Shown piece after piece: positions 55,581-64,000 of a stretch of DNA of 64,000 bases. Under the pieces are notes generated by a model. The model had not been told where the DNA came from. It did no database searches and saw only the letters and a list, made by a program, of their open reading frames with translations. Within the stretch, counting starts at the first letter, position 1; each line of letters opens with the position of its first letter. The position numbers and the translations under genes are program-made. Origin of the DNA: Acidobacteriota bacterium (GTDB lineage: Bacteria; Acidobacteriota; UBA6911; RPQK01; JAPXNP01); NCBI GenBank assembly GCA_963663735.2, contig CAXXHN010000002.1:522880-586879 (forward strand), in the 5' to 3' direction.

Positions 55581-56546
55581 CTAGGCAAACACGACTTTGC
55601 GGATAGCATCCCTGGTCAGCTTGACCGCTTTCCAGTCGTCCTGTTTGGTTTCTTCTGGATTATCCTGGGGCTTTTGTCCGTTGTTTTCCGGCCTCGCGCG
55701 CCTCAGGCTTGATTCAATTCCCCAGAAACCCTTGTATCCGCTTTCCTTGGCTGTTTTCAGGCAAGCTTCCAGGTCCCAGTTGGGGACATGGGTACCATCA
55801 GGCATCCAGGCGGACTTGACTGAAACGCCTTTGGCGTAGGGCATTGCCATTTTTATGGCTTCAATAATATTCGCGTCTTTATTATAGTTGCCAAAATCGG
55901 GAAGTATTCCGAAATGAGGGCTGTCTATCTCCCTGCACAGGGCAGGCAGCCATTTGGGGTCAGATGAAATACCTCCATGGTTCTCAATTACCACGTTGAT
56001 CTTGAATTCCTTGGCATATTCGATCAGGGCGCCAAACGATTCAACCGCTCTCTTAATGGCATCAGGGTCTTCTGCGGGAGTATTGCCGGCACCCCTGGCA
56101 TTGCACCGGATGGTATGGCATCCGAGGAAAGCGGCTATTTCCACCCATTTCCGGTGGTTTATGGCGGCCTGCATTCTTTCAGCTTTGTCCTTCGCAACCA
56201 TATTCCCTTCTTCATCAACCATGATGAGTACGTTTTTGATCCCGTATTCCTCAGCATTTTTGTTCAAGCGATTCAGGTAACCGGCCCGAGGTGATTCGAA
56301 AAAGTTATTAACGTATTCCAGTCCATCCAGCTCAAAATCCTCCCTGCAGATCCTGTGCAGGTCGGTCAGTTTCCAGACTCCCGCGTTGAAACTGCGAATC
56401 AGCGACCAGGAGGCCAGGGAAATCTTGTTTTCCTGGGGAATGGGATGAGCAAAAGCTGCGGGGAAGGGCAGTACGTTGGCCATTCCGGCACAGGCTCCGG
56501 CAACGGCTGCCCTGCCGAGAAAGTTTCTTCTGTTTATGGTCTCCAT
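55581..56546 (-). CDS. Xylose-isomerase-like TIM-barrel (sugar phosphate isomerase/epimerase family) protein with Tat signal
   Basis: 321 aa: METINRRNFLGRAAVAGACAGMA (twin-arginine motif); TIM-barrel family pattern (...HTIRCNARG..., VVIENHGG...). Confidence 0.8.
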   Translation of the reverse strand: METINRRNFLGRAAVAGACAGMANVLPFPAAFAHPIPQENKISLASWSLIRSFNAGVWKLTDLHRICREDFELDGLEYVNNFFESPRAGYLNRLNKNAEEYGIKNVLIMVDEEGNMVAKDKAERMQAAINHRKWVEIAAFLGCHTIRCNARGAGNTPAEDPDAIKRAVESFGALIEYAKEFKINVVIENHGGISSDPKWLPALCREIDSPHFGILPDFGNYNKDANIIEAIKMAMPYAKGVSVKSAWMPDGTHVPNWDLEACLKTAKESGYKGFWGIESSLRRARPENNGQKPQDNPEETKQDDWKAVKLTRDAIRKVVFA

Positions 56547-56879
56547 TGTTTCATTCCTCCGGTTGATAGATTAATCAGGTTAATTTTAAGTTAACTCTAA
56601 TATATCTCCGGGGAATAAACCATGAAATTTTTTCAGCCTGCGAGAAATTTGAGATCAGTATCCTGGTTGGAGGAATCGAAGGTGGAGACAGTTTTTATAC
56701 ATTATCGGCTTCAATGGAGAAACTGATGAAAAAACAAGAGTAGGTGATTTTCAATTATGTACAATGGCATTAATATACCGTAGAGACGGATAAATTGGAT
56801 TTTATGAGGATTTTAAGTCAGGCAAGAATATTTTGGGATTTGAAGCCCCTTTAAGTATTCCTTGCCAAAGGAGGATAAA

Positions 56880-57599
56880 GTGCCGCAAAACAGCAAAGCG
56901 AGTGCATTCATCCTGGGTGTATTTATACTCCTCGGATTATCAGCTTTGGGTTACCTGGTGGGTGACGCAGCGATACAGTATAAACAATACGAGCGAAGCG
57001 TAACCGTAAAAGGTTTGTCTGAGCACGAATATGACGCGGATATCGTGATATGGCCAATCCAGTTCACGGCAGCGGGAAACGATATCGAAAGCCTGTATGG
57101 TTCAATTGATGCCAGCACCAACAGGATTAAGGATTTTCTGGTTGAAAAAGGCATTGGCCCGGAAGAGGTGAGCCTTGCCGCGCCAGCCATAACTGACAAA
57201 TTAGCTCAGCAGTATGGGAGCAATGACAGGCCTGAATTTCGATATACCGCGTTGCAGACAGTTACAGTTTATTCAAAAAATATAAATGCCGTACGATCGG
57301 TGATGAGTTCATTATCTCAACTTGGCAAGAAAGGCATTGTTTTCACTGCTGATAACTATCAAGCCCAGACCGAATACATATTTTCGAGGTTGAATGAAGT
57401 CAAGCCCGAAATGATCGAGGAAGCCACGCGCAATGCGAGAGATGTCGCGGAAAGGTTTGCGTCGGATTCCCAGAGCAGCCTGGGCAAAATAAAAAGGGCA
57501 TCGCAAGGGCAGTTCAGCATAAATGACAGGGACAAGAACAATCCCCATATCAAGACAGTTCGCGTGGTTTCAACGGTTGAATACTATCTTTCAGATTAG
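56880..57599 (+). CDS. SIMPL (DUF541) domain protein with N-terminal membrane anchor
   Basis: The track starts at TTG 56862. I prefer GTG 56880, 5 nt after AAGGAGG. Anchor AFILGVFILLGLSALGYLVG, then YERSVTVKGLSE... and the C-terminal ...VRVVSTVEYYL. Confidence 0.7.
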   Translation: MPQNSKASAFILGVFILLGLSALGYLVGDAAIQYKQYERSVTVKGLSEHEYDADIVIWPIQFTAAGNDIESLYGSIDASTNRIKDFLVEKGIGPEEVSLAAPAITDKLAQQYGSNDRPEFRYTALQTVTVYSKNINAVRSVMSSLSQLGKKGIVFTADNYQAQTEYIFSRLNEVKPEMIEEATRNARDVAERFASDSQSSLGKIKRASQGQFSINDRDKNNPHIKTVRVVSTVEYYLSD

Positions 57600-57667
57600 A
57601 GAAGATTATGGAAACTGACCGGAAATCAATTACAGACACCCAGCCGGTCTCTTTTAGTTGAGGTTAA

Positions 57668-57981
57668 ATGAAGGAGACAGGCTCCCCGGAAAACTATCTT
57701 GGATTATCTCCTTCTCCCAGTCCTGATAAGGTAATAAATACGAAGAAAAACTGCAGGTTATTGCAGGGGTATTCACAAAAGAAGGTGAAATAATTGGGTC
57801 GTATGAAGAAGAAATAGTCCTGAAAGTCAATGATGCCGGGCAACTAGAAACCGGTTCCGCCGAAAAGGATGTTCTCATTATTCTTTCAGATGAAGGCGTT
57901 CCTGAATCGGTAAAAGTGGTTGTTCGGTCGATTACAAGTCCCGAATCAGAAGGATTTGTCACCCTTTCACTTGCAGGGTAG
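57668..57981 (+). pseudogene. Possible frameshifted small gene (ATG with GAGG ribosome-binding site, then a 1-nt frame change near 57735..57745)
   Basis: Frame 2 reads MKETGSPENYLGLSPSPSPDKVIN... and runs into a stop. Frame 1 continues KYEEKLQVIAGVFTKEGEIIGSYEEEIVLKVNDAGQLETGSAEKDVLIILSDEGVPESVKVVVRSITSPESEGFVTLSLAG*. The second reading looks protein-like but has no start codon of its own. Confidence 0.3.
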
Positions 57982-58068
57982 TGTTGAGACTTATTGGAAT
58001 GTCCAAAAATGTCTGATTTCAACACAAATGCGACACATTCCACCCAAAAATTAAGGGAGGTTTTTAAG

Positions 58069-58101
58069 GTCTCATGAAAGAAATGATTTCTTTCATGAGA
58101 C
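58069..58101. repeat. Perfect 33-nt palindrome
   Basis: GTCTCATGAAAGAAATGATTTCTTTCATGAGAC (16-bp arms around one central base) lies 8 nt after an AAGGGAGG motif. Confidence 0.6.
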
Positions 58102-58418
58102 TAGGGTTTAACAATCCCAGTCTGGTTCGCCGAAGCTGGTCATCGCACTACATGGAAAAGATCCTCAGGCGGGCCTCTGCGAATCAGATTCCGGTTGGAT
58201 TTGTCGCTTGAGGAGATGAAACTGATTATGGTTGGTACTTTGGTAGAATTTCCGGAGTAAGGCAGGCTTGGCTGCTCGTCGATATGGAGTATTGCAACAA
58301 TAGTTGCCTATGGTAGCGAACTTAGGCTGAAGAATGTGGCGGAAGTCTTTGTGCCAGCAATACCAGTTTTCTGGCTTGTTGAATTGGGAGTGATTCTGTC
58401 ATTTAGTTGCTGGAGAAT

Positions 58419-58745
58419 TTAATTCTTTTTCTTCTGTATGGACAGAGATTTTTCAGCCCATTTAATCAATTCATCCCGATTATCCAGAATGTCCGGGGGA
58501 ATCTCAAAATATGAAAGGATTGTTGGCCTGTCCGGGAACGGCTTGAACGGCTCGGAGCTTTCAGCAATAAAACTGTCTTTGTTTGTTTCATCAACCTTCA
58601 AATAAGCTACATTGTTCGCCACAAGGCCAAACATCAGCCCGTCACGGTAAAGTCCGAAACCTCCAAACATTCTCTGTACATAGACTTCACCCCATCCTGA
58701 GAATTGTTCAAGAATATATTCAATAAAGTCGTCTGAAACATCCAT
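58419..58745 (-). CDS. TfoX N-terminal-domain protein (orphan, single domain)
   Basis: 108 aa: ...VYVQRMFGGFGLYRDGLMFGLVANNVAYLKVDE... Confidence 0.75.
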   Translation of the reverse strand: MDVSDDFIEYILEQFSGWGEVYVQRMFGGFGLYRDGLMFGLVANNVAYLKVDETNKDSFIAESSEPFKPFPDRPTILSYFEIPPDILDNRDELIKWAEKSLSIQKKKN

Positions 58746-58896
58746 ATGATATTCAAATGAGTTTACAGCATCTGTAGATCAGAGATGAGGTTTATTGCTT
58801 AGACATGAATTTCCTGTAGAGATCCGATCTTGCTTTTCTGGTGATTCTGCGTTTGAAACTAAGGGGGTGAGGAATTCTCTACTAAATGGTTTCGAA

Positions 58897-59352
58897 CAGT
58901 ACTGTCCGGTTAACGCTTGCTAGTCGCCCAGTAAACCTTGGCAATAAAATGAGTTAAGTGGAAAATCAAAATTTTTCGATTTCAAATTAATCTACCCAAC
59001 TAACCTTGGTTTTTCTATTGCTGAATATAGGAGTCCCGGAGGGACGTTAGCCAATAGCCCAGGGTGAGCGGCAGCGAACTCTGGGTAAACAGTCTTGCGA
59101 CAAAAATTTAGCCCTGGCAAGGGCGGCAGAAATTTCCAATACAAAATTTTCGGCAAACGTTGCTTGGTACTGTTTGAGCTAACAAAGAATAAAGGTGTTG
59201 ATCAATCAATGGCAGAAAAGTCGCAAGTTTTGAGAGTGCACTTGTTTAAAAAACTACTATTTTTCAGCTGTTTAGTCAAAAAAATCCTGGATTCGGAAAA
59301 GGGGAACCCTCTAACCAGTTGAAATTATTCTACTTTTAACCGGACAGTACTG
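58897..59352. mobile_element. 456-bp MITE-like non-autonomous transposable element: 17-bp perfect terminal inverted repeats flanked by an 8-bp target-site duplication
   Basis: Left end GTTTCGAA|CAGTACTGTCCGGTTAA (58889..58913). Right end TTAACCGGACAGTACTG|GTTTCGAA (59336..59360). No transposase-sized ORF inside; the only internal ORF is a 75-codon TTG-started one. Confidence 0.7.
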
Positions 59353-59723
59353 GTTTCGAAGTGAAATCACGTTTTTCTGGATCTGACGGATACTCCCTAA
59401 CCGCTGGCATGCAGAGTTCGTGACCCTATGGACATGATATGAGAAGGGGTTTAATATTGACCTGGATAACATCTACGAATGAATACGTGGATGAGTGTGA
59501 AATTAGAGAGAAGATGGATATCAGCAAGATTTTGAAAAAATATCCAAGGGCATCTTCCACGGACAAAAATAAACAATTTTGCGTCTTATGCTGTCAGCCT
59601 TGGAAAACGACTAAAAAAATGGATGAATGAGCTGGGAAACGGCTTGGAGAGGAATTTTTTAACCTCGCTACACTCTGGAAAAATCCAGTGAATTCAGCCG
59701 TTGGCTCAAGCAGGAAAGAGGCG

Positions 59724-60914
59724 ATGAGGTTGAAGCTTTTACTACGCAAACTTGTGGGAAAGCTCCTGCTAATTTCAATCACGCTGTGTGTACAGGCAGC
59801 ACTTGTCGCGGAACCCGCTGAGGTCACGAGGGCTAAATCGCAGATATGGGAACCGGTTTCCATCGAAGCCTTTGCTGATTCGATCAGCCACGCGGTGATG
59901 AAATACGAGGAGAAAAAAGCCCCATACCAGCAGTACTCACCCAGGCAGATTGTCCACATCGCGGAAAACCTTCTCGCCGGGCAGAATGCCAATGGCGGCT
60001 GGCCGAAAAACAAGGACTGGATCAGAGTTTATTCCGCTGACGAGCTTCCCAGGTTAAGCAGTGGCCGCAGCACCCTGGACAACCGATCAACATGGGCCCA
60101 GGTTGACTATCTCGCAAGAGTTTACCAACAAACAGGACTAAGGAGATACGCAGACTCCGCAACAAGGGGAATTGAGTACATACTGGGCGAGCAACGGCAA
60201 TCAGGAGGGTGGAGCGGTTTGGATGTCGAAGCGGTTACCTTCAATGATGATGTCATGAGTGGTGTTTTGCAGACATTGAAGGCCATCATAGAGGACAGGG
60301 AGCTTTACGGCTTTACAGGCGATGTTATGCTGGAACGCGTAAAAGACTCGTACGACAAGGGGTTGACCTGTGTCCTCAAGTGCCAGATCAAAGTTGGCGA
60401 TCACCTGACAGCGTGGTGTCAGCAACACGATCATAAGACCCTGAAGCCCATCTGGGCGCGCGCTTTCGAACCACCTTCCATTGTGACGGAAGAAAGCGTC
60501 AGCGTAGTTCGATTCCTGATGTCCATTGAAAATCCCTCACCGGAAGTCATTGAATCTATCCAGTCTGCCGTCGCATGGTTTGATCATGTCAAGATTCATG
60601 GTCTCCGCATCGAGAACATCAAAGCGGAACCCCTGAAGTTCAACTACCACTGGTCTGACGTTGACCGCGTCGAGGTCAAAGACCCTGAGGCACCTCCCAT
60701 CTGGACCCGATTCTATGACCTGAACACAGAGAAGCCTATCTTCTGTACGCAGTGGCGGCAGATCACAAGTAACTACACGGACCTTAGCCGCGAGCGCAGG
60801 ACAGGTTATAGTTGGTACGGTTACTATCCAGCCAAGCTGCTGCAGGAAGAGTACCTCAAATGGCAGCAAAAATGGGCACCGGGCCGGGATGTGCTGAAGC
60901 CGCGACAGGAATGA
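59724..60914 (+). CDS. Pectate lyase, PelA/Pel-15E (PL10)-like, exported
   Basis: The track starts at 59688. I prefer the ATG at 59724 (MRLKLLLRKLVGKLLLISITLCVQAALVA signal; AGGAAAGAGG upstream). AENLLAGQNANGGWPKNKDW and GEQRQSGGWSG resemble the repeated motif of this family. The family call is from memory, not a search. Confidence 0.6.
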   Translation: MRLKLLLRKLVGKLLLISITLCVQAALVAEPAEVTRAKSQIWEPVSIEAFADSISHAVMKYEEKKAPYQQYSPRQIVHIAENLLAGQNANGGWPKNKDWIRVYSADELPRLSSGRSTLDNRSTWAQVDYLARVYQQTGLRRYADSATRGIEYILGEQRQSGGWSGLDVEAVTFNDDVMSGVLQTLKAIIEDRELYGFTGDVMLERVKDSYDKGLTCVLKCQIKVGDHLTAWCQQHDHKTLKPIWARAFEPPSIVTEESVSVVRFLMSIENPSPEVIESIQSAVAWFDHVKIHGLRIENIKAEPLKFNYHWSDVDRVEVKDPEAPPIWTRFYDLNTEKPIFCTQWRQITSNYTDLSRERRTGYSWYGYYPAKLLQEEYLKWQQKWAPGRDVLKPRQE

Positions 60915-61048
60915 GCGGGAAACAAGTCCGCGCTTTGATGATCTCATTTATTGAACATTTACCCGATTCATTAGTAACTATTTCAATTTAAAACACCTGG
61001 AATCTCGACTGGATAAATTAGCGGTGAAAGCCTGGTTAAGGTTGGACA

Positions 61049-62647
61049 ATGACGAAACAATTTCTGTCCTTTTTTTATTCTCTTTTGAGGTTGCTGCAAA
61101 ATAAAGCAACTGCTGAGACGGACTGTACAGACAGTGCCAGCATGTCCCATTGGCGGAATTTTATGCACCCGCGATTGTTCGCCGTGGCCGCGGCACTGAC
61201 ATATATCGGCATTATGAGTCTGGTTTTTGAGTACGCCGATGTTTTCGAGTTTAATCCGGACGAAGGTAACAATTTGATTAAATCCCTGTTGCTTGATCGG
61301 GGGTATTCACTTGGTTATCAAATCTGGACCGATCAACCGCCAGGATTTACTTATCTCCTTTGGGGAGTGTTTAAGGTTTTCGGTTGGTCTGTACCCATTG
61401 CCAGGCTTACTGTGCTGTTTTTCGCGGGAATCATCGTTTTTGTCACCTATGATGTGCTGCAGTCATCCGCCAGAAATCGATGCGGCCATCCCGCGGCGGT
61501 TACCGGTTGTGTGATCCTGATGCTTTCCACTCTTTTTGTCCGATTAAGTGTTTCGGTCATGATAGGCCTTCCTGCGATTGCGGTGATGATGCTGGCGGTC
61601 TGGAGCCTTAACGAATATCTGCAATCACAGCGACGACACTGGCTGGTAATATGCGGTGCTCTAATGGGTTTTTCAATGGGCATCAAGCTGTTTACTGGAT
61701 TCCTCGTGCCAATTTATGCGACCGTACTCATTGTGCATCATTTGCGGGGTGACCGTTCGGGTGGCTGGAGGCGGGCGCTGATACCTGTCACCCTGCTACT
61801 TTCAGGCTGCCTCGGTGTGCTGCTGATTTGTCTTAGTCCAATATTATTGCATGGCGCTGGTAGGGAGCTACTGGAACCGCATCTTATTACACGTCTGTCC
61901 AGAAAAGGGGATGCGGATGGATTACGACGGCTGCTGCGGTTCATTCGCCAGGATGGGTACTTGTTCACGCTGGCGTTGCTGGGAACCTTTCAGGCGTTGA
62001 AAATGCGCAAAACAGGCATCTTGCTCATGTCATTTTGGCTTTTTCCCGCGGCTGCTTTTCTTTATGATCACTCACCTATCTGGAGCCATCATCGCCTGCT
62101 TCTGACCGTGCCGGGAGCGATACTGGCTGGATATGCCCTGGGCGAAATGCTATCCGCCTTGATACGAAAGTGGCCGCCCGGTTTGCTGGCAGTGCGTGGT
62201 TTTGTTCCGGCCATCGCAGTTGCAGGATTACTTCTGGCCTCTTATCCGAATCTGGAAAAGCTGTTTTTGTCAGGCAATCATCTGAGCAACCGCACCCTTC
62301 GGGATACAAAGGCGCAGGAGGTGATTGAAAGATACCTGCCGGATATAAGGTATATGGTATCGGCGCGCCAGATATTTGCTTTCCGTGTGAATCGTCTGGT
62401 ACCTCCCAACCTGGCTGTAACTTCCACAAAACGGTTTCGAGCCCAATTGCTGACTGCGGATGAAATCATGGACGACATTCGGGGATATCGGCCCGAAGTG
62501 ATCTTACTCAGTGATCAATGGAAAGAAGCCATAACTACAGCACTGCACAAAGGAATTAATGATGAGTATGAAAGAGTTTTTAGAGACCCGGACAACAAAA
62601 ACCTTGAAATTTGGGTATTGAAGGCACTTTTAAAAAAGGTCCAATAA
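61049..62647 (+). CDS. GT39/ArnT-like (dolichyl-phosphate-mannose protein mannosyltransferase family) integral membrane glycosyltransferase; start uncertain
   Basis: 532 aa from the first ATG; alternative starts at 61142 (MSHWRNF) and 61163 (MHPRLF). About 10 TM segments, then a soluble C-terminal domain. The early loop motif EFNPDEGNNLIKS is typical of GT-C enzymes. Confidence 0.65.
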   Translation: MTKQFLSFFYSLLRLLQNKATAETDCTDSASMSHWRNFMHPRLFAVAAALTYIGIMSLVFEYADVFEFNPDEGNNLIKSLLLDRGYSLGYQIWTDQPPGFTYLLWGVFKVFGWSVPIARLTVLFFAGIIVFVTYDVLQSSARNRCGHPAAVTGCVILMLSTLFVRLSVSVMIGLPAIAVMMLAVWSLNEYLQSQRRHWLVICGALMGFSMGIKLFTGFLVPIYATVLIVHHLRGDRSGGWRRALIPVTLLLSGCLGVLLICLSPILLHGAGRELLEPHLITRLSRKGDADGLRRLLRFIRQDGYLFTLALLGTFQALKMRKTGILLMSFWLFPAAAFLYDHSPIWSHHRLLLTVPGAILAGYALGEMLSALIRKWPPGLLAVRGFVPAIAVAGLLLASYPNLEKLFLSGNHLSNRTLRDTKAQEVIERYLPDIRYMVSARQIFAFRVNRLVPPNLAVTSTKRFRAQLLTADEIMDDIRGYRPEVILLSDQWKEAITTALHKGINDEYERVFRDPDNKNLEIWVLKALLKKVQ

Positions 62648-62753
62648 TTACAGGTTACGTATTATTAATCTGTGTGGATTAAGAATTGTCTCTACCCCAT
62701 CTTTAGTTAAGAGCCGAGGGTTTTTGGAAAAGGCGGTAAGTCGTTGAAAAGAG

Positions 62754-62830
62754 TGGGGTGGGTGATGGGAATTGAACCCACAACCGCAGGAATCACAATC
62801 CTGTGCTCTGCCAGTTGAGCTACACCCACC
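62754..62830 (-). tRNA. tRNA-His (anticodon GTG) with genome-encoded G-1 and CCA
   Basis: The minus strand reads G-GTGGGTG-TA-GCTCAACTGGCAGAGC-A-CAGGA-TTGTGAT-TCCTG-CGGTT-GTGGG-TTCAATT-CCCAT-CACCCAC-C-CCA. Confidence 0.92.
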
Positions 62831-63053
62831 TCAATCAAGTGACATATTCTAATATTAAATCCGGATATCTGCAACTATTACGGAAGAGTTGCCCGAAAGA
62901 TCTGACGAGTATTAAAAAGCGGGGATGCTCCAGGCTCATGGCTGCTGAAAAATGATTCTGGGACAGTACTTGAAAGTTTTCTTATACAGAGGTCAAATAC
63001 TCATCCCTCCGGCATGAACATAAATCCCCAAGGTGATAAAATAGCCAGCCATT

Positions 63054-64000
63054 ATGAATGTTTTAGTACTTAATTGCGGATCTTCTTCAATAAAATTTCA
63101 ATTAATAAAAACAAACCCCGAATTCATCAATAATAACTCGGATAAACGTCTCGCCAAGGGACTCCTGGAGAGAATAGGGTTTGAAGACTCCATTATTACC
63201 CTGCAGGCTGAAGGGCAGGACAAGAAAAGAACGGTTTTGCCGCTTAAAGATCATGTGGCGGGACTGAATGTGATAATGGACTGGATTTCTTCTCCGGACA
63301 GCAATATTGAGGGTATAAATTCCATTTCCGACATCTTCGCTGTTGGCCACCGGGTGGTGCATGGCGGAGAAGATATGCAGGAATCAGCCCTGATAACCGA
63401 TGAAGTAGTGTCCATAATAGGGAGGTGCAGTGAACTGGCTCCTCTTCACAATCCAGCCAACCTGATGGGCATAACAGCCTGCAGGGAATTGCTGGGGGAC
63501 AGTGTGCCCCAGGTAGCCGTTTTTGATACCGCCTTTCATTCTTCCATGCCGAAAGAGGCCTATCTTTATGCCATCCCTTATGTACTCTATGAGGATTTTC
63601 GCGTCAGGAGATATGGTTTTCATGGAACATCCCATCGTTACGTCACCATGCAGTATGCCAGTGAAACAGGGATCAGCCCAGACAAGACTAATCTCGTTAC
63701 CCTGCATCTTGGCAACGGCACTTCTGCCTGCGCCGTGAAAAATGGCAGGTCTGTTGATACTTCCATGGGATTCACTCCCCTGGAAGGGCTGGTCATGGGT
63801 ACCCGCAGTGGTGACATAGATCCTTCCCTTATCGAATACATTGGGGAAAAGAAGGATCTTTGCCCGCGCAAGGTGCTGAACATGCTGAATAAAGAGTCAG
63901 GAATGCTCGGACTTACCGGAAAAACCAGCGACATGAGGGATATCGAAGACGCCGCATTGGCGGGTGATGAAAGGTGTGACCTGGCATTGGATATTTTTGC
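63054..64000 (+). CDS. ackA: Acetate kinase (3' end beyond the window)
   Basis: Not in the ORF track because no stop codon is reached. Translation from ATG 63054: MNVLVLNCGSSSIKFQLI...VGHRVVHGG...APLHNPANL...VAVFDTAFHSSMP...RRYGFHGTSH...HLGNGTSACAV...GFTPLEGLVMGTRSGDIDP. Confidence 0.93.
   Translation, partial: MNVLVLNCGSSSIKFQLIKTNPEFINNNSDKRLAKGLLERIGFEDSIITLQAEGQDKKRTVLPLKDHVAGLNVIMDWISSPDSNIEGINSISDIFAVGHRVVHGGEDMQESALITDEVVSIIGRCSELAPLHNPANLMGITACRELLGDSVPQVAVFDTAFHSSMPKEAYLYAIPYVLYEDFRVRRYGFHGTSHRYVTMQYASETGISPDKTNLVTLHLGNGTSACAVKNGRSVDTSMGFTPLEGLVMGTRSGDIDPSLIEYIGEKKDLCPRKVLNMLNKESGMLGLTGKTSDMRDIEDAALAGDERCDLALDIF

Noticed and set aside
57654-58043. 129-codon minus-strand ORF
   Set aside because: Ser/Pro/Thr-rich with no ribosome-binding site. 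The opposite strand carries a much more protein-like reading (the frameshifted small gene), so this is treated as its shadow.
58103-58418. Possible N-terminal remnant of a YcaQ/AlkZ-like gene on the minus strand, and a C-terminal-looking fragment (...RIRFRLDLSLEEMKLIMVGTLVEFPE*) on the plus strand
   Set aside because: The fragments are only about 25 residues each. That is too short to assign homology by eye, so they are mentioned only as part of the debris finding.
59095-59322. 75-codon ORF (TTG start) inside the MITE-like element, and the 63-codon ORF at 59439..59630
   Set aside because: No ribosome-binding site, Lys/Phe/Leu-rich low-complexity translations and no recognisable domain. Far too small for a transposase.
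58897-59352. Alternative reading of the inverted-repeat-flanked segment as an invertible promoter switch
   Set aside because: No recombinase gene lies nearby. The identical 8-bp direct repeat immediately outside both inverted repeats is the signature of transposition, not of a site-specific inversion system. The inversion reading is kept as a fallback in the refutation clause of the finding.
57600-62753. Genomic island integrated at tRNA-His
   Set aside because: The 3' end of tRNA-His faces this segment. However, I found no integrase gene and no direct repeat of the tRNA 3' end at the far boundary.

Overview
The window is 64 kb of bacterial chromosome with about 50 protein genes, 2 tRNAs, one clear gene remnant and one small transposon-like insertion. 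All calls rest on reading the translated ORFs and the DNA by eye; no database search or folding program was run.

Gene content suggests an anaerobic, glycan-degrading bacterium, but taxonomy cannot be fixed from here. The supporting genes are hybrid-cluster protein Hcp, a flavodiiron protein, SelA, Tat-exported Gfo/Idh/MocA and xylose-isomerase-like TIM-barrel proteins, DUF1080, a Cys-type sulfatase, a pectate-lyase-like protein and UxaC.

Layout:
- 0-14.6 kb is a signalling block. It holds a CheB-CheR-PAS fusion, three large hybrid histidine kinases with very similar transmitter cores, a shredded kup remnant and a flavodiiron protein gene.
- 14.6-20 kb holds two NifB/NifX-type small proteins divergent from a DUF134 regulator, a TauE-type permease and an Rrf2 / 4Fe-4S / hcp operon.
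- 20-25 kb is transport: a sodium:solute symporter and tandem Na/Pi cotransporter paralogues followed by a PhoU-like gene.
- 25-29 kb encodes three exported enzymes.
- 29-36.5 kb encodes two unrecognisable proteins and a divergent 5-gene enzyme cluster of unknown product.
- 37-57 kb is mostly housekeeping and envelope genes: an S9 peptidase fused to an FGE-like domain, tRNA-Leu, uxaC, selA, pruA, a sulfatase, a MacA/FtsX-type efflux operon and kbl.
- 57.6-59.7 kb has low coding density, with gene debris, an orphan TfoX gene and a 456-bp insertion.
- The window ends with a pectate-lyase-like gene, a GT39-like gene, tRNA-His and the start of ackA, which is absent from the ORF track because it runs off the window.

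The observations most worth following up:
1. A perfect 24-bp palindrome sits on overlapping divergent promoters at the DUF134 / NifX-like locus.
2. The divergent dehydrogenase / methyltransferase // nitroreductase / PLP enzyme / HMGL-aldolase cluster has no recognisable product.
3. A secreted protein is built from four copies of an unrecognised ~100-aa repeat.
4. A MITE-like element has 17-bp perfect terminal inverted repeats and an 8-bp target-site duplication.
5. A 330-bp hairpin-rich element is bounded by a 15-bp perfect inverted repeat.

No CRISPR array, rRNA, prophage, integrase or recognisable defence system was seen.
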